Assembly (NCBI GenBank): GCA_030141605.1
Contig: JAQGDQ010000437.1
Span: 133,818 to 197,817 of the forward strand
DNA: 64,000 bases
DNA from: Tubiluchus corallicola
Taxonomy: Eukaryota; Animalia; Priapulida
Reading direction: 5' to 3'
Both the position numbers and the translations under genes were made by a program. A model generated the notes under the pieces. It had not been told where the DNA came from. It saw only the letters and a program-made list of their open reading frames with translations, and searched no databases. Of this stretch, positions 1-12,254 are shown one piece after another. Positions within the stretch are counted from its first letter, which is position 1; each line of letters begins with the position of its first letter.

Positions 1-283
1 TGTAAAGTTGTGACCCAGTGCATTTTGGGTTGCCGCCATTACTGATTTATAGACAGTTTTTCTACAAATTTCGTTGTTATATTTTTATGAATTTAGTGGT
101 GACAGTAAAATAAACCCAACATGCTAAGTGACTTGTCCCTTCCATTAACAAACATTATTTAATTGTCAGAAATGCTTTTGCAGTATAAATTGTGTTAAAG
201 TGTGGACTTGTTATCGGACTTGAAAATGGGGTAGTATATGAAAACTCATCCTGTCTTCCTTTAAGTTTATCAGATATCACGTT

Positions 284-357
284 TCAGACTAAATCTACGG
301 TTCCTTTTTTGGACAACGAAGGCTCAACACTGTTTAATCCATCATTTTTCTTTCTTT
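284..357 (-). CDS. Possible last exon of the Ig-domain gene (ERKKNDGLNSVEPSLSKKGTVDLV*)
   Basis: tctttag acceptor read in phase 1 gives an open frame to TGA, but the polypyrimidine tract is weak. The gene may instead continue outside the window. Confidence 0.35.
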
Positions 358-469
358 CTAAAGACTCATTATTAGAGTACCGTCAATTAAGTGTATGTGA
401 ATTGAATTATGAATTTATTCCACAGCAACTCAAACATACATATAAATTGATATAACATTGAAAAAAAAT

Positions 470-1035
470 AAACTATGCGAGTTACTGTGAAGAGGAGGAA
501 GGAGCATTGAGCTTTCGAGTCCTCCTCCAGATAAGACAATTAACAATTAACATTACATTTTCATCAGTTATAGCGTACATTAGAACAAAATAAGTTTTTT
601 TAGTAACTTAAGATCAGGATGAGTAAAATTTTGAGTTAATTATACAGTTGTAGTAGGTAATTCTTTGATGCTTTTTTAAATTGATAAAGATTAAGAGTTT
701 TCATTTCACGCGGAATTGATGACCATATTTTAAAAGCATTATATTTTGATGACTGTTTCATTATATTTGTTTTTGGAAGAGGGTGTACATAGTTTCCGAC
801 TGAATATCTTGTGTAATGATCATGTTGATTTGAAACTGGACTAAAGTATGACTGAAAAGCTGGTGGAAGTAGTGAATTATGATACTGATACATGAAATGA
901 AGACAATACATGTCATATATTTCTTTCACTTTAAGAGTTTTAACAGACAAATAAATTATATTTGTGGGATGGTCATACCTTACATGATATATTAGTTTGA
1001 GAATTTTGTTCTGGGTAATTTGTAAAGCTTCCAGG
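470..1035 (-). mobile_element. LINE 3' fragment (L2/CR1 group, e.g. Crack/Daphne-like) in Ig gene intron
   Basis: ORF 636-950 has ...FMYQYHNSLLP...F...HDHYTR...KIWSSIP...FKKASKNYLL, typical of the C-terminus of L2/CR1-group ORF2. Confidence 0.75.
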
Positions 1036-1081
1036 TAAAATTGTGGTAAAATTATTTTAAAGAAATGTCAGAAAAACTTAC

Positions 1082-1307
1082 CAGGTAGAATAAAAATGGT
1101 GATTTTCCTGGAATTATGAGTTTCAACTTTTCCAGGCGCATCAAAGGCAATGCAAGCAATCTGACAAAACCACTCCCCGCTGTCCCATGGTTCAGCATTA
1201 TTAATCTTCAGACTGCATTCTCCTGAAGTATTACAGTTCTTGTCAACCCGTTCATATCTACTGTAATATCTAAGTGATAGACTAACGTTATCTTTGTACC
1301 ACTTGAC
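1082..1307 (-). CDS. Ig-domain protein, exon 2 (C-terminal half of V/I-set Ig domain)
   Basis: tttcag acceptor, phase 0. VKWYKDN...CSLKINNAEPWDSGEWFCQI contains the Ig Trp, the LxI strand and a DxGxY/F-xC-like motif. Ends at a phase-1 GTAAGT donor, typical of Ig exons. Confidence 0.85.
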
Positions 1308-1426
1308 CTGAAATGCACACAAACTTGATGGCAGGTTTATATTGACTTGTGCTGTAAGCTGACAGGAAAGGATCTATGGTGTGATGATATTTGGTCTTAT
1401 TTTTTCTTTCATAGAAGAAGCACCTG

Positions 1427-1480
1427 TTATACTTTTTCAGGTTCTATGCCTATAGCCGCCCCGTTTTTATACCACTGAAC
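1427..1480 (-). pseudogene. Degenerate duplicate of Ig exon 2 (VQWYKNGAAIGIEPEKV*)
   Basis: Acceptor and flanking intron at 1481-1533 duplicate 1308-1360. The reading starts VQWYKNG (vs VKWYKDN) and stops after 17 codons. Confidence 0.6.
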
Positions 1481-1531
1481 CTGAAATGCACACAAACTTG
1501 ACAGGGGGTCTACTTTGGCTTATACGGTAAA

Positions 1532-2082
1532 CTACGGCCACATCACGTTGAAAACACCGGTTCTCGTCTGATCACCGAAGTTAAGCAACGTAGAGCCTGG
1601 TTAGTACTTGGATGGGTGATCACCTAGGAATACCAGGTGCTGTAGGCTTGCGGGATGTCAACGCTATATCTCGACACTAGGCGAAGGAGCTGTACAAGCA
1701 GCCAACGGCTAGAGGGCGGAGGAGGTCAAGTGACCCAACGGCCATGTGTAGAGGAGTAAACCTTCCAAATCAGGAGTGGAGCCCCAAAGGCGGACCAGTG
1801 CAGCATGCTCACTGACTCCGGCAGCTCCTGCAGCCAACCTGGTGTCAAACGTATCGCTCCGCTTTCCTTTGGACTACACCAGGGAGGAAGAGAGGGGGTT
1901 CCTGTTGTTTCGGCAACTCAGGATCTCCATACACCTTGCCCTGGAGAGGCCACTCTAGTGGTTCAAGGATCGGATTGCTCAGCCACAGTCGACGCTGCAG
2001 CTCCATCAATGTGATCAATAACTGACTCTCTTGGCGCACACTCCATTGTCTTCCGAGACAGAAGGATGCCAACAACAACAAC
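1532..2082 (+). mobile_element. 5S rRNA-derived SINE (SINE3) with RTE-like 3' tail, copy 1
   Basis: 1532-1649 is a near-full 5S rRNA sequence. The body is shared with the copies at 16513 and 36771. The tail encodes SRIGLLSHSRRC and ends in (AAC)n. Imperfect target-site duplication (TSD) acggtaaacta/actgtaagcta. Confidence 0.92.
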
Positions 2083-2109
2083 TGTAAGCTATACATGGCC
2101 CAACTCGTA

Positions 2110-2420
2110 TTAGTCCAGCTTTCTTAGGCGTTAGGTTGGACAATATGCTTACGTGGGAAAAACATTTCAACAATATTTATAAAAAAATGCTATTAAGTAC
2201 TTCGTACCCTTGACGAATCAGAGGACAGGTATCAAAATTGTAATTTACAAAACACTTATTTTGCCCCATTACCTATATGCCTCCATACTTTCTAAAAATT
2301 GATAAGAGTGTCTTACATCAAATTAAATACACTTCAAAACTATGGTCGTTCTTTGAAATCATCTCACAATACAAATAAATACTCTGCCACCTCTTTTAGA
2401 AAATCCATGAAAATCCTCTT
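2110..2420 (+). mobile_element. Highly degenerate LINE RT fragment
   Basis: Translates FLGVRLDNMLTWEKHF, matching the FLG..lD..L.W..H motif of CR1/L2-group RTs; decays afterwards. Confidence 0.5.
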
Positions 2421-2768
2421 ATTGGAAGCCCACAGAGATTATCAAACTCTCCTTTTCTCTACAAATACATCAACAATATTAATTCTCCTTTCAAAAACAA
2501 TATGCTCCCTCTTTTTCAGAGTCCCAATGTGAATAATAGAAGATTAAATTTAAGAAAGAGAATGAACAATTAATATGGAACAAATTCCATTACTGATTTT
2601 AAATAAACTTACTAACGTTGTATAGTTCTAAAATTACTAATAATGCTCATTTTTTAATAGTACATCTATTGATGGTATTTATTAAGCCTTTTTTAAAATG
2701 CTGTTTCCTTGTTGTCTTATTTCTGCTTTCATGCAAGATGCACCTATTACATGCATAATGCAACACAG

Positions 2769-3300
<532 letters not shown>

Positions 3301-3523
3301 TAATCAATTACTTAAACTTACGTACACACTTATTACTTATTTGCTACGCACAAACACACATACACGCACTCACCCAGCCTTCACTCATTAACCCACTCGC
3401 TCACTTACTCACATGTTTTCTTGCTACGTCATGCCTTCGCTTACTCACTCACTCACTTCACTCACTAGCAATGATGAGCTATCAGGACATGCACCTAAAG
3501 CAAATTAATGACAATATGCTTAC

Positions 3524-3703
3524 TTCAAACTTTTTGTAACGCTCTGGATTTGCCACAACGCAATCCAAGGAAAAATTTTCAGTTTGATTCCACTTTCCAC
3601 CTTTTGGTTCCTTAGAAAATATTCCTTCGGTCTCAGCTGGAATTGGTGGATCTGAAATTACTTGTACGACTTGTATAAGCAGACAGATGAACAAAAATTT
3701 CAT
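3524..3703 (-). CDS. Ig-domain secreted/surface protein, coding exon 1 (signal peptide + N-terminal half of Ig domain)
   Basis: ATG at 3703 gives MKFLFICLLIQVVQVISDPP...FSLDCVVANPERYKKFE: hydrophobic signal peptide and first Ig Cys. GTAAGC donor follows; phase 0. Confidence 0.75.
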
Positions 3704-4295
3704 ATTACATTGCTTACAAATAAAACACATTCAATAGGTTTTTGTTGATTGTAATTATGCTAATTCCAGATAACGGTGTGTTGGCTAAAGATGTACAAAC
3801 AATGGTGTACAGGATCTGTGTCAACAATATATCTGTAATCATTGTCACAAAAAGTATACGTATGCAAAATTGAAAAGAATTGTCGAAACAATTCTCAAGA
3901 GAAATTTTCCTAACGTTCTACAAGAATTATGATAAAATTGGCCATTATGATTGTGACGTAATCATCATGCATCTGCGTTAAGAATAATCAGTTTTAGTAG
4001 CTAGCTATTTGGTTTATGAGTTTTTTGTTTAAAAGATATTAGATATTTGTTTAAAAGAATGTGTCAAAACCTGCCACCTAATGCTGGAAAGAAGAAATTT
4101 TTGAACTAGTGTTATGATTAAAACATTAAAGTTTGTTAAATGACTGTTTTAATTAATATGTAAAACGACTGTTTTTAATGATTTTCAAAGTGTCATCAAT
4201 CCGTCGATAGAGTGGCTTTGATTTTACTGTACTGTGCGTACTTTTGTGTTTTAAATTGTTGTAAAATGAAAGGTGACAACATAAAAAACTTAACT

Positions 4296-5256
4296 ATAGT
4301 ATGCTATGCTATGCGATACTGTACTGTACTGTACTGTACTGTACTGTACTGTACTGTACTGTACTGTACTGTCCTGTCCTGTACTGTACTGTACTGTACT
4401 GTACTGTACTGTACTGTACTGTACTGTACTGTACTGTACTGTACTGTACTGCACTGCACTGCACTGCACTGCACTGCACTGTACTATACACTGTACTTTA
4501 CTGTCCTGTCCTGTCCTGTCCTGTCCTGTCCTGTCCTGTACTGTACTGTACTGTACTGTACTGTACTGTACTGTACTGTACTGTACTGTACTGTACTGGA
4601 CTGTACTGTACTGTACTGTACTGTACTGTACTGTACTGTACTGTACTGTACTGTACTGTACTGTACTGTACTGTACTGTACTGTACTGTACTGTACTGTA
4701 CTGTACTGTACTGTACTGTACTGTACTGTACTGTACTGTACTGTACTGTACTGTACTGTACTGTACTGTACTGTACTGTACTGTACTGTACTGTACTGTA
4801 CTGTACTGTACTGTACTGTACTGTACTGTACTGTACTGTACTGTACTGTACTGTACTGTACTGTACTGTACTGTACTGTACTGTACTGTACTGTACTGTA
4901 CTGTACTGTACACTGTACTGAACACTGTACTGTACACTGTACTGTACTGTACTGTACTGTACTGTACTGTACTGTACTGTACTGTACTTTACTGTCCTGT
5001 CCTGTCCTGTGCTGTGCTGTGCTGTGCTGTGCTGTGCTGTGCTGTGCTATGCTATGCTATGCTATGCTATGCTATGCTATGCTATGCTATGCTATGCTAT
5101 ACTATACTATACTATACTATACTATACTATACCATACCATACCATACCATACCATACCATACCATACCATACCATACCATACCATACCATACCATACCAT
5201 ACCATACTATACTATACTATACTATACTATACTATACTATACTATACTATACTATG
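4296..5256. repeat. Compound pentanucleotide microsatellite (GTACT, GCACT, GTCCT, GTGCT, ATGCT, ATACT, ATACC)
   Basis: Directly visible; explains the TVLYC/QYSTV ORFs. Confidence 0.97.
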
Positions 5257-5799
5257 CGTTTCAAAATCATCTTATTTTAGCGTCAGTCATAATCACGTCC
5301 AAAATCCCATCAATACAAAATGAATCTGTAGCTCAATGCCAAGTTTTAGTATAAATAGTTAAAGGAAAGCAGCATCAATTTTTTGTATTCGGCTCCATTT
5401 TGAAGAACCGCAAACAAGTATACGTTTCAACAGCCATGATAATGCAAAACACTTCTGATAATTAAATAATTGGTAAAAAATTTTTATAAATGGCAGACGG
5501 GCCCAGCTAGCGACGACCACATAACTGATCGTAATCATCAACAGCACAAACATTCCTTGAGAAGCACGTGTTTGTGAAAATTGAAGTACAGTGCTACTAT
5601 GTGCATCATTTAGTGTGATAAACAAAAACTGCAAATTTTAAGTTCAACAAGTTTAATTAGTTTTTTAGAATAACGCTGTGCGCGCACATGAGCCTTCAAA
5701 CATGTGAACTACGTCACAACTAAACACCTCTGAAAAGAAACATGCAAAACGTGTTTTTCCGTAATATAGGAGCTACACAAATTTGTAGAGACGCGACAA

Positions 5800-6213
5800 A
5801 AAACAATGGCTGACTTTAACAGTGATTTTCTCAGGATTATGTTGTTCAGTGTGCAGCCTGCGCCTCAACTTCAACATGGATTATCTCAGCTTAGAAATAA
5901 CACAGAGTGATGAGCTTGGTATCAAAATGATCCTCATGAAATGGAGATATAGGATATGTGAACAACTAGAAAAACTTAAGTGCCGAATTATGGATGATTT
6001 TGCTAGGGATTTACACATATATATATAATTTTGTCAAGTTTATGTTTTTCAGTGCATAGCCTGCACCTCAACTTCAACGTGGATCATCTCAGCTTAGAAA
6101 TAACATAGAGCCATGAACTTGGTATCAAAATGATCCTCATGAAATGGAGATAAAGGGTGCGCGAATAACTATCAAAGCTTAATTGCCGACTTTTGGACGA
6201 TTTTGCTATGCAA
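5800..6213 (+). repeat. Interspersed repeat, two tandem copies of about 160 bp; third copy at 47480-47682
   Basis: gcctgc(g/a)cctcaacttcaac...ggtatcaaaatgatcctcatgaaatggaga...ttttgcta occurs near 5855, 6058 and 47526. Confidence 0.8.
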
Positions 6214-6813
6214 GCACAGTCATTGTATTGCATGACGATTACACCCCGTGTGCGGGGTTCTATGTATGTTTTTCAATGTAATGTATTGCATTGTATTTGT
6301 AATGTATTGTAATGAATTGTAAAACTGTAGTGGCCTGAATCATTAATAAATAGTTATCATACTCATTTTAACTAGTTTTTCTGATCATATAATGAATAGC
6401 AGGAGTAAAATAAACTAAATAGAATAAAGTATTGTGTAAAGTATTGTAATGTAACGTAATGCAATGGAATGCGGTGTAACGTAATGCTATGCAATGAAAC
6501 TTTATGTAAACAAACAGGCTTCACACCCATATGAAGTCTACAGTGCTCTTATAGGACGCGCCATTTTTTTCTCTTACAGTCTACAGATGGCAGCACTTCA
6601 AGGAACCTATTAGAACGTAAATATATCTATGGCGTATATCAACATGAAGCCTGTTGTACAGGAGCTAAACAACAGCGCATCCATAGTAAAATGAACTAAA
6701 TTTAATAAAAATATTGCATAATTATGTAACTTAATGCAATGCAATGCAGTGTAATGTAATGCAACGTAATGGAAAACGTTATGTAAACAAACAGTCTTCA
6801 CACCCATCTAAAG

Positions 6814-7174
6814 TAGGGGTGAGCATCGAACGAGTTTTTTTTTTAGTTCGAACTCGATTCGAATCCAAAACTATATATTCCAATAATTCAGCACTTCAAT
6901 CACATATGTTCCTATCATGCAATTTAGCTGTGATTTCTATGCACAACTTTAAACAAATTACTAGTTGTTTTATTGCAGAACAAAATCTAGTGATATGCAT
7001 GATCTTTGTAAGACTAATTTTTACTGGTGGTTCGAAAACTAGTTCGAAAATCGTTCGATCTCAATTCGAATTCGGTTCGAATTCGAAACACTGAAGTTCG
7101 GTTCGATTCGAAATCGAAAGTCACAAATTCGGTTCGATTCGAATTCGCTTTCTGGTAGAGAATACTCACCCCTA
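6814..7174 (+). mobile_element. hAT-type MITE rich in TTCGAA motifs
   Basis: TIR taggggtgag...ctcaccccta; 8-bp TSD atctaaag/ctctgaag; inverted copy at 55100-55475. Confidence 0.85.
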
Positions 7175-7695
7175 CTCTGAAGCCTACACTGCTCTTCTAG
7201 GTCACGGCATTATTTTCTCTTACAGTCTACAGATGGCAGCACTTCAATAAACCTGTTATATACTTACAGCGTAAATCTAGATGAAGCCTGCTGTACAGGG
7301 GGTAAACAGCAACGCACTGCTGCCACTTATAGTGCGTATTGGCTGAGGGCTTTACCCCTGCCTGTGTGTTCAAGCGCTGGTTTAATGATTCATGTGCAGA
7401 ATTTAAGTCTGAATTGCTCCCCGGAGGTTCATTTTCTCGTGTTTTACACGGTGGCTGTTTGTGTTGAACGTGAAATACAACCTCATAGAGGGTGTCGTGT
7501 AAACGAAATTGAATAAAAGACGTATGATAAAACACAAGAGATGTATTGTTCCAATTTGAACTATTGTTTGGTATAATAAAGTTGCTGGGCAGCAGATGTG
7601 TTGGTTTATAACTGCACGACGTCACGAAGATTCATTGAAAAAGGCTGTAATTACTGAACTTCTCTTTCTGAGGAAATAACTGATGCTAAAGTAAC

Positions 7696-7913
7696 ATGGT
7701 TGACCCAATGTTCGATTATCAGTTCAGGCTAATCCTGCTAGGTGACAGCACTGTAGGAAAGTCTTCAATCCTCAAGTACTTCTGCGAAGGTCGGTTCAGT
7801 CCCCAGTCTGATCCGACGGTGGGAGTGGATTTCTACACCAGGCTGGTGGAGGTGAGGCCAGGAATCCGCGTCAAGCTCCAGCTGTGGGATACGGCCGGAC
7901 AAGAACGTTTCAG
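7696..7913 (+). CDS. RAB39: Ras-related protein Rab-39, exon 1
   Basis: YQFRLILLGDSTVGKSS...SDPTVGVDF...KLQLWDTAGQERFR: P-loop and switch motifs characteristic of Rab39. Phase-2 GT donor at 7914, the same position as the single intron of vertebrate RAB39B. Confidence 0.96.
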
Positions 7914-8815
7914 GTAACATTGGATGCTAATTTGGGTAGTTGTGCCAGCAGCATAACATTGGTGATGCTCATTGAAAGCCTGGACATTATTAAATAAAAC
8001 ACTATACTACATATTTGCACATAACTGAAAAAGTGTTTATTATTAGACTACATACACACATGTAGAATGACTGCTACACTGAACACTGAGAACAAGAGTG
8101 TACTGGGAGTATGAGTTAGACAGTAAGTAACATGAGTAGCACGACTGCTGCGCTGCGCTGCACTGAGAATGAGAGTGTCCTGCACTGAACACTGAGAGTT
8201 AGACAGGGACAAGAAAGTAAAATCCAGTCAGTATATATAGGTATAGGTAATTATGCAAACTTGGCTTCACAAAAACCATTACTTTAAAATAGGGAGAGAT
8301 CCAGTGAATATGCATTCACTGGACTGTAGAATTATACTAGGGGTGAGTTTAGCTAGTAAAATTTAGCTAGATTAGTTCATAGATGGCAGCACCTAAAAAT
8401 ATACAGTTACAATTTCCACAGCATGCTTGCTGCTGCAGCTAGTCAAAGCACACAGATGGCATGCTGAGAAAATAAATTACCATACAAATCAAGTGGTTTG
8501 GTTGCAAGGAACGTATGTTGTCTATTGATGGTGATTTGTGAAATGGCAAAAGATAACATTTCACAATTTACTGTTAGACCAACTGCATGACAAATTATTT
8601 CACGTTAACTGACGTCAACAAAATGGCTTCTTGGCGGTCGTCATAATGGTCTACCTGTACTAATCTAAATTAGATAACTCATTTCTCAAATGAAAGACAG
8701 ATTCAAAAGTTTCATAGATACTACACGCTAGACAAAGTTTATAAGTATCAAAAGCGACTTGTTGAGACACCCCCCCAAAAAAAAACCCACCCACATTAAT
8801 ATAATTTATCCTATA

Positions 8816-9247
8816 CAGGGGCGGCTCGTAGCTAAAATTACTGGGGGTGCTGCTTCAGAAAATTTTTAGCTATTGTTTTCATACTGTGCAAACAAACATA
8901 CGCAATTGTAATGTTGAAAATTTATACATAAATTTGATAAAATCCTAAACAAAAATTATTGTTTGCTTACGAATAGCCTAAATGACCGCAGTTCAAGAGT
9001 ACGCTTTTAATCACGTGACAACTGACAACACACACTGCGTGAGCGACAGGACTTTTTCTACCTGGGGGCACAATAGCCAAACACCACGTTGCTTGAGCTG
9101 TTAACGCACGGTTGTGCAGCAAAGAATACTACCCTCACGTGCTCCAAACTGTACAAGTATAAAGAAAGAACTAAAGAAAAAGACTTACTATTGAATATTA
9201 TCGATAATACTGAGTGAAAATCGGGAATGATGCTCGAGCCGCCACTG
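8816..9247. mobile_element. MITE in Rab39 intron
   Basis: TIR caggggcggctcg ... cgagccgccactg, flanked by TA on both sides. Confidence 0.7.
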
Positions 9248-9452
9248 TATGTGTAATTTATTGCAAGAAAGTAGCCTAATAGTCACAGTACATTCAAGTT
9301 AAGCAACCTTGAGCCTCATTAGCAAACTGGCAGGTGGTTGCGAGTATATTCAAACTTTGAATTTTTATAGTAATAAATTCTTATAGTAATGAATGACTAT
9401 ATTTATGCGGAATTGGTAACCCCGATGATTTAACAAAGTATTTACTATTCAG

Positions 9453-9882
9453 GTCGATCACTCGCTCCTACTACAGAAATTCTGTTGGAGGTCTCATCGT
9501 ATACGACATCACAAACAGGGCTTCCTTTCTGAATGTGTCAGACTGGCTCCAGGAAGCCAAAGCTTACATGGAGCCTCGTGATCCGATTTTTCTTCTCATC
9601 GGACACAAAACAGATTTAGCAACGAAACGTGAGGTCAGCCAAGAGGAGGGAGAGAAACTGTCCACATTTTATGGCATGCACTTCTTGGAAACGTCTGCAA
9701 AAACTGGGCTACACATAGAAGACGTGTTCCGAACGTTGAGTATAGACATCTATGAACGCATGATGTCCGGACAAATAAGGCTAGAGGAGGGTTGGGAAGG
9801 CATCAAACCGGGCTTCTCTCAACCACTTAGATACTCCGTACACATTCCTTCCGGACAACCAGAGGACACGGGATGTTGTTAG
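9453..9882 (+). CDS. RAB39: Rab-39, exon 2 (215 aa in total, C-terminal CC prenylation motif)
   Basis: ttcag acceptor; SITRSYYRNSVGG...GHKTDL...ETSAK...EEGWEGIKPGF...GCC*. GHKxDL and GWEGIK are Rab39 hallmarks. Confidence 0.96.
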
Positions 9883-10741
9883 TCATTCCTTCGGATGATT
9901 TATATCAGTAAGCAAAGAATATTCAGAAAACTGGAAAGTAAACTTCCCACATGTACGTTCCTAGAGAATTGTCTTCACTAGGCATAAATTGGTTCACATA
10001 AGTCACATTGAAGAAAATATTAAGAGTCTTTGACAGAGAAGTGGACAACGGGAATGGGAAAGGCGACAGAATGATGCTGAGTATTTTACGCGATCTGCTC
10101 ACATTTTTACAAGGAACATGTAATCCTTAAGCGTCTTATAGAAGTTCTAAATGTGTCATATACTGCAACTCACTTTTACCATGCATCAGCTGGTAATTAT
10201 GTTGTGTCTCCTTTGTCACATAAGTTGGTAAACATGTTGTGTCACGTGGTCTACTCCGTTTGGTGTAACAAATTTTTTTGGCATTTCTGCCATGTCAGCT
10301 AGCTGATGAACTAAGTTGTACCAGTTTTTCAACTTAAACTGGGAATGAAAGTCGATTACATATCAAGTTGACTTCATTAAAAGTGTTACAAAGTTGTATT
10401 TGACCTGTGTAGTACGTCCAAGGCCAGATTATGACTTTTTGGGGCCATTAGCTAATGAAGTTATAGGGTCCTCCCAAAAGGGTCCACTTTTTTAAAGTGT
10501 TTCCCTTTTGAAGCTGCAATTTTATTTTAAAGTTAAACGAATTTTTTAACAATGTCAAATATTAAAATACTAGACTTATTTTTCAATATATGCGTTTACT
10601 TGAAAATCTTTTAGCAGGGCCCTTGAAGTTTAGTAAGCCCTATAGGCTTCAGCCTACATTAGCCTACAGAGCAATCTGACTCAAGTATTCAGTTGATAAT
10701 ACATGTTGTGTCATCTTTTTGAAGAAATAAGTTGGAAAAGT

Positions 10742-11136
10742 CAGCTTTTTCACAGTTTGGTTGTGCCTACATGCAGTTGCTGTAGGTCAAAGGTTAACTG
10801 TACCACAACAACGCGTCTTAACTACAACCGTCACATTATGCGTGTGTAAAGTAAAGCCGTCTGCTGCATTGGTTTAATAACATCAGATGTTTTACGTGGA
10901 CGATACTTTATTATGCATTAGTCTGTGTGTAGAGTGATTTATATACTAGCAATATCTTGCTTGGGAACAAGAAAAAGTGAATTACGTAAGGTTCCAGACA
11001 GCTGTTAAAGCTCTTACTATTACAATAGCATGCACTGCAAGGCATTGTCAAGTGTACACAAATGCGTTGTCTGGTACACATAACCTTTGACCTTTTCATG
11101 ATCATCATCAATCGCTGGAAGTGTGAAAAGACTTAC
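10742..11136 (+). mobile_element. MITE family of about 400 bp (TIR aataagccttttcacag); copy 1 of 6
   Basis: Homologous copies at about 33666-34050, 48385-48778, 54478-54768 (rev), 59160-59346 (rev, partial) and 61716-62550. Confidence 0.8.
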
Positions 11137-11583
11137 TGTGTTACTGTCATGTGGGTCTGTATTATATGAATGTGTGATATACGGTCTGGTCAACTTTATA
11201 CAACGTCAGCAGATGGCGTAAGTTGTATCAGCTTTGCAGCAGACATGAGTTGGAAATTATGGAGCATGTTGTGTGTGTTAATGAAAATAGACGGTTTGTT
11301 CAATCAGGATGTGGAACTACCAGGTGGCAACGAGCAATACTGATCCAGTTATGTTGATGATGGTGCTACAGTACGTTGTATTATTTGCATCTTTGCGATT
11401 TACCGTGATTATGGACACTTTATACGGTGAAATACTTGCACTGGTTAGTCCTGGACAGTTTACAATTATCTGTGTGCTTCAAAATGCAAGAAATGTTATA
11501 CTTATGCCAAGTACATGTTTTAAATATTTGAATCCCAAATACTTTTAATATTATGATGCTTGATAAAATATTACACACAGTGC

Positions 11584-11910
11584 TTTTAGTAGCATGATGC
11601 TTGTAAATTAACGTTAACAAACCTGTTTTTAGTAGCATGATGCTTGTAAAGTAACGTTAACAAACCCGTTTTTAGTAGCATGATGCTTGGAGATTAACGT
11701 TAACAACACTGTTTTTAGTATCATGATGCTTGTAAATTAACGTTAACAACACTGTTTTTAGTAGTATGATGCTTTTAAATTAACGTTAACAACACTGTTT
11801 TTAGTAGCATGATGCTTGTAAATTAACGTTAACAACACCGTTTCTAGTAGCATGATGCTTGGAAATTAACGTTAATAACACTGTTTTTACTAGCATGATG
11901 TCTGTAAATT
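11584..11910. repeat. Minisatellite, unit about 43 bp, about 7.5 copies
   Basis: Unit tttttagtagcatgatgcttgtaaattaacgttaacaacactg, containing the palindrome ttaacgttaa. Confidence 0.93.
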
Positions 11911-12254
11911 AATATTGCACACAGTTCACTTTCCAGGGAAAACCCCAGTTGTTTTTAAAGCAGGCAGAAAATTGTTGACCGTGATCTGGTGTATTCATAA
12001 AAAAGATTAGAAAAGATATTTTCCTATGTGACATTGAAAGATTTTCCAGTGTTTTTATTGCACTTTCTGTAAAAAGGAAATAAAAATCACCACCTTCTAC
12101 TTCCAAATCTACAAAAATGCAATTAGTCATGAAGAGCGATGAAATATTTGGTGATTAAAACACAAGAATACACTCATATGCTGTCCTTATTGCATACAGA
12201 GCTTGCGTTAGCAGTGACACTGTAGAAAACTTGTGCCATTTTACTAGGCAGCCC

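Noticed and set aside
211-256. 45/46-nt inverted match to 21889-21934 as a long-range pairing element
   Set aside because: On the - strand it follows TTAA-AGGAAGAC, a Kolobok-like TIR start, so it is best explained as a dispersed MITE fragment.
1532-1649. 5S rRNA genes (also at 16513 and 36771)
   Set aside because: Each runs directly into the same body of about 430 bp with no oligo-T terminator, and the copies carry independent substitutions. They are SINE heads, not rRNA genes.
1776-2096. Recurrent ORFs MLTDSGSSCSQPG... at three loci
   Set aside because: Chance frames in the SINE body; not conserved in frame between copies.
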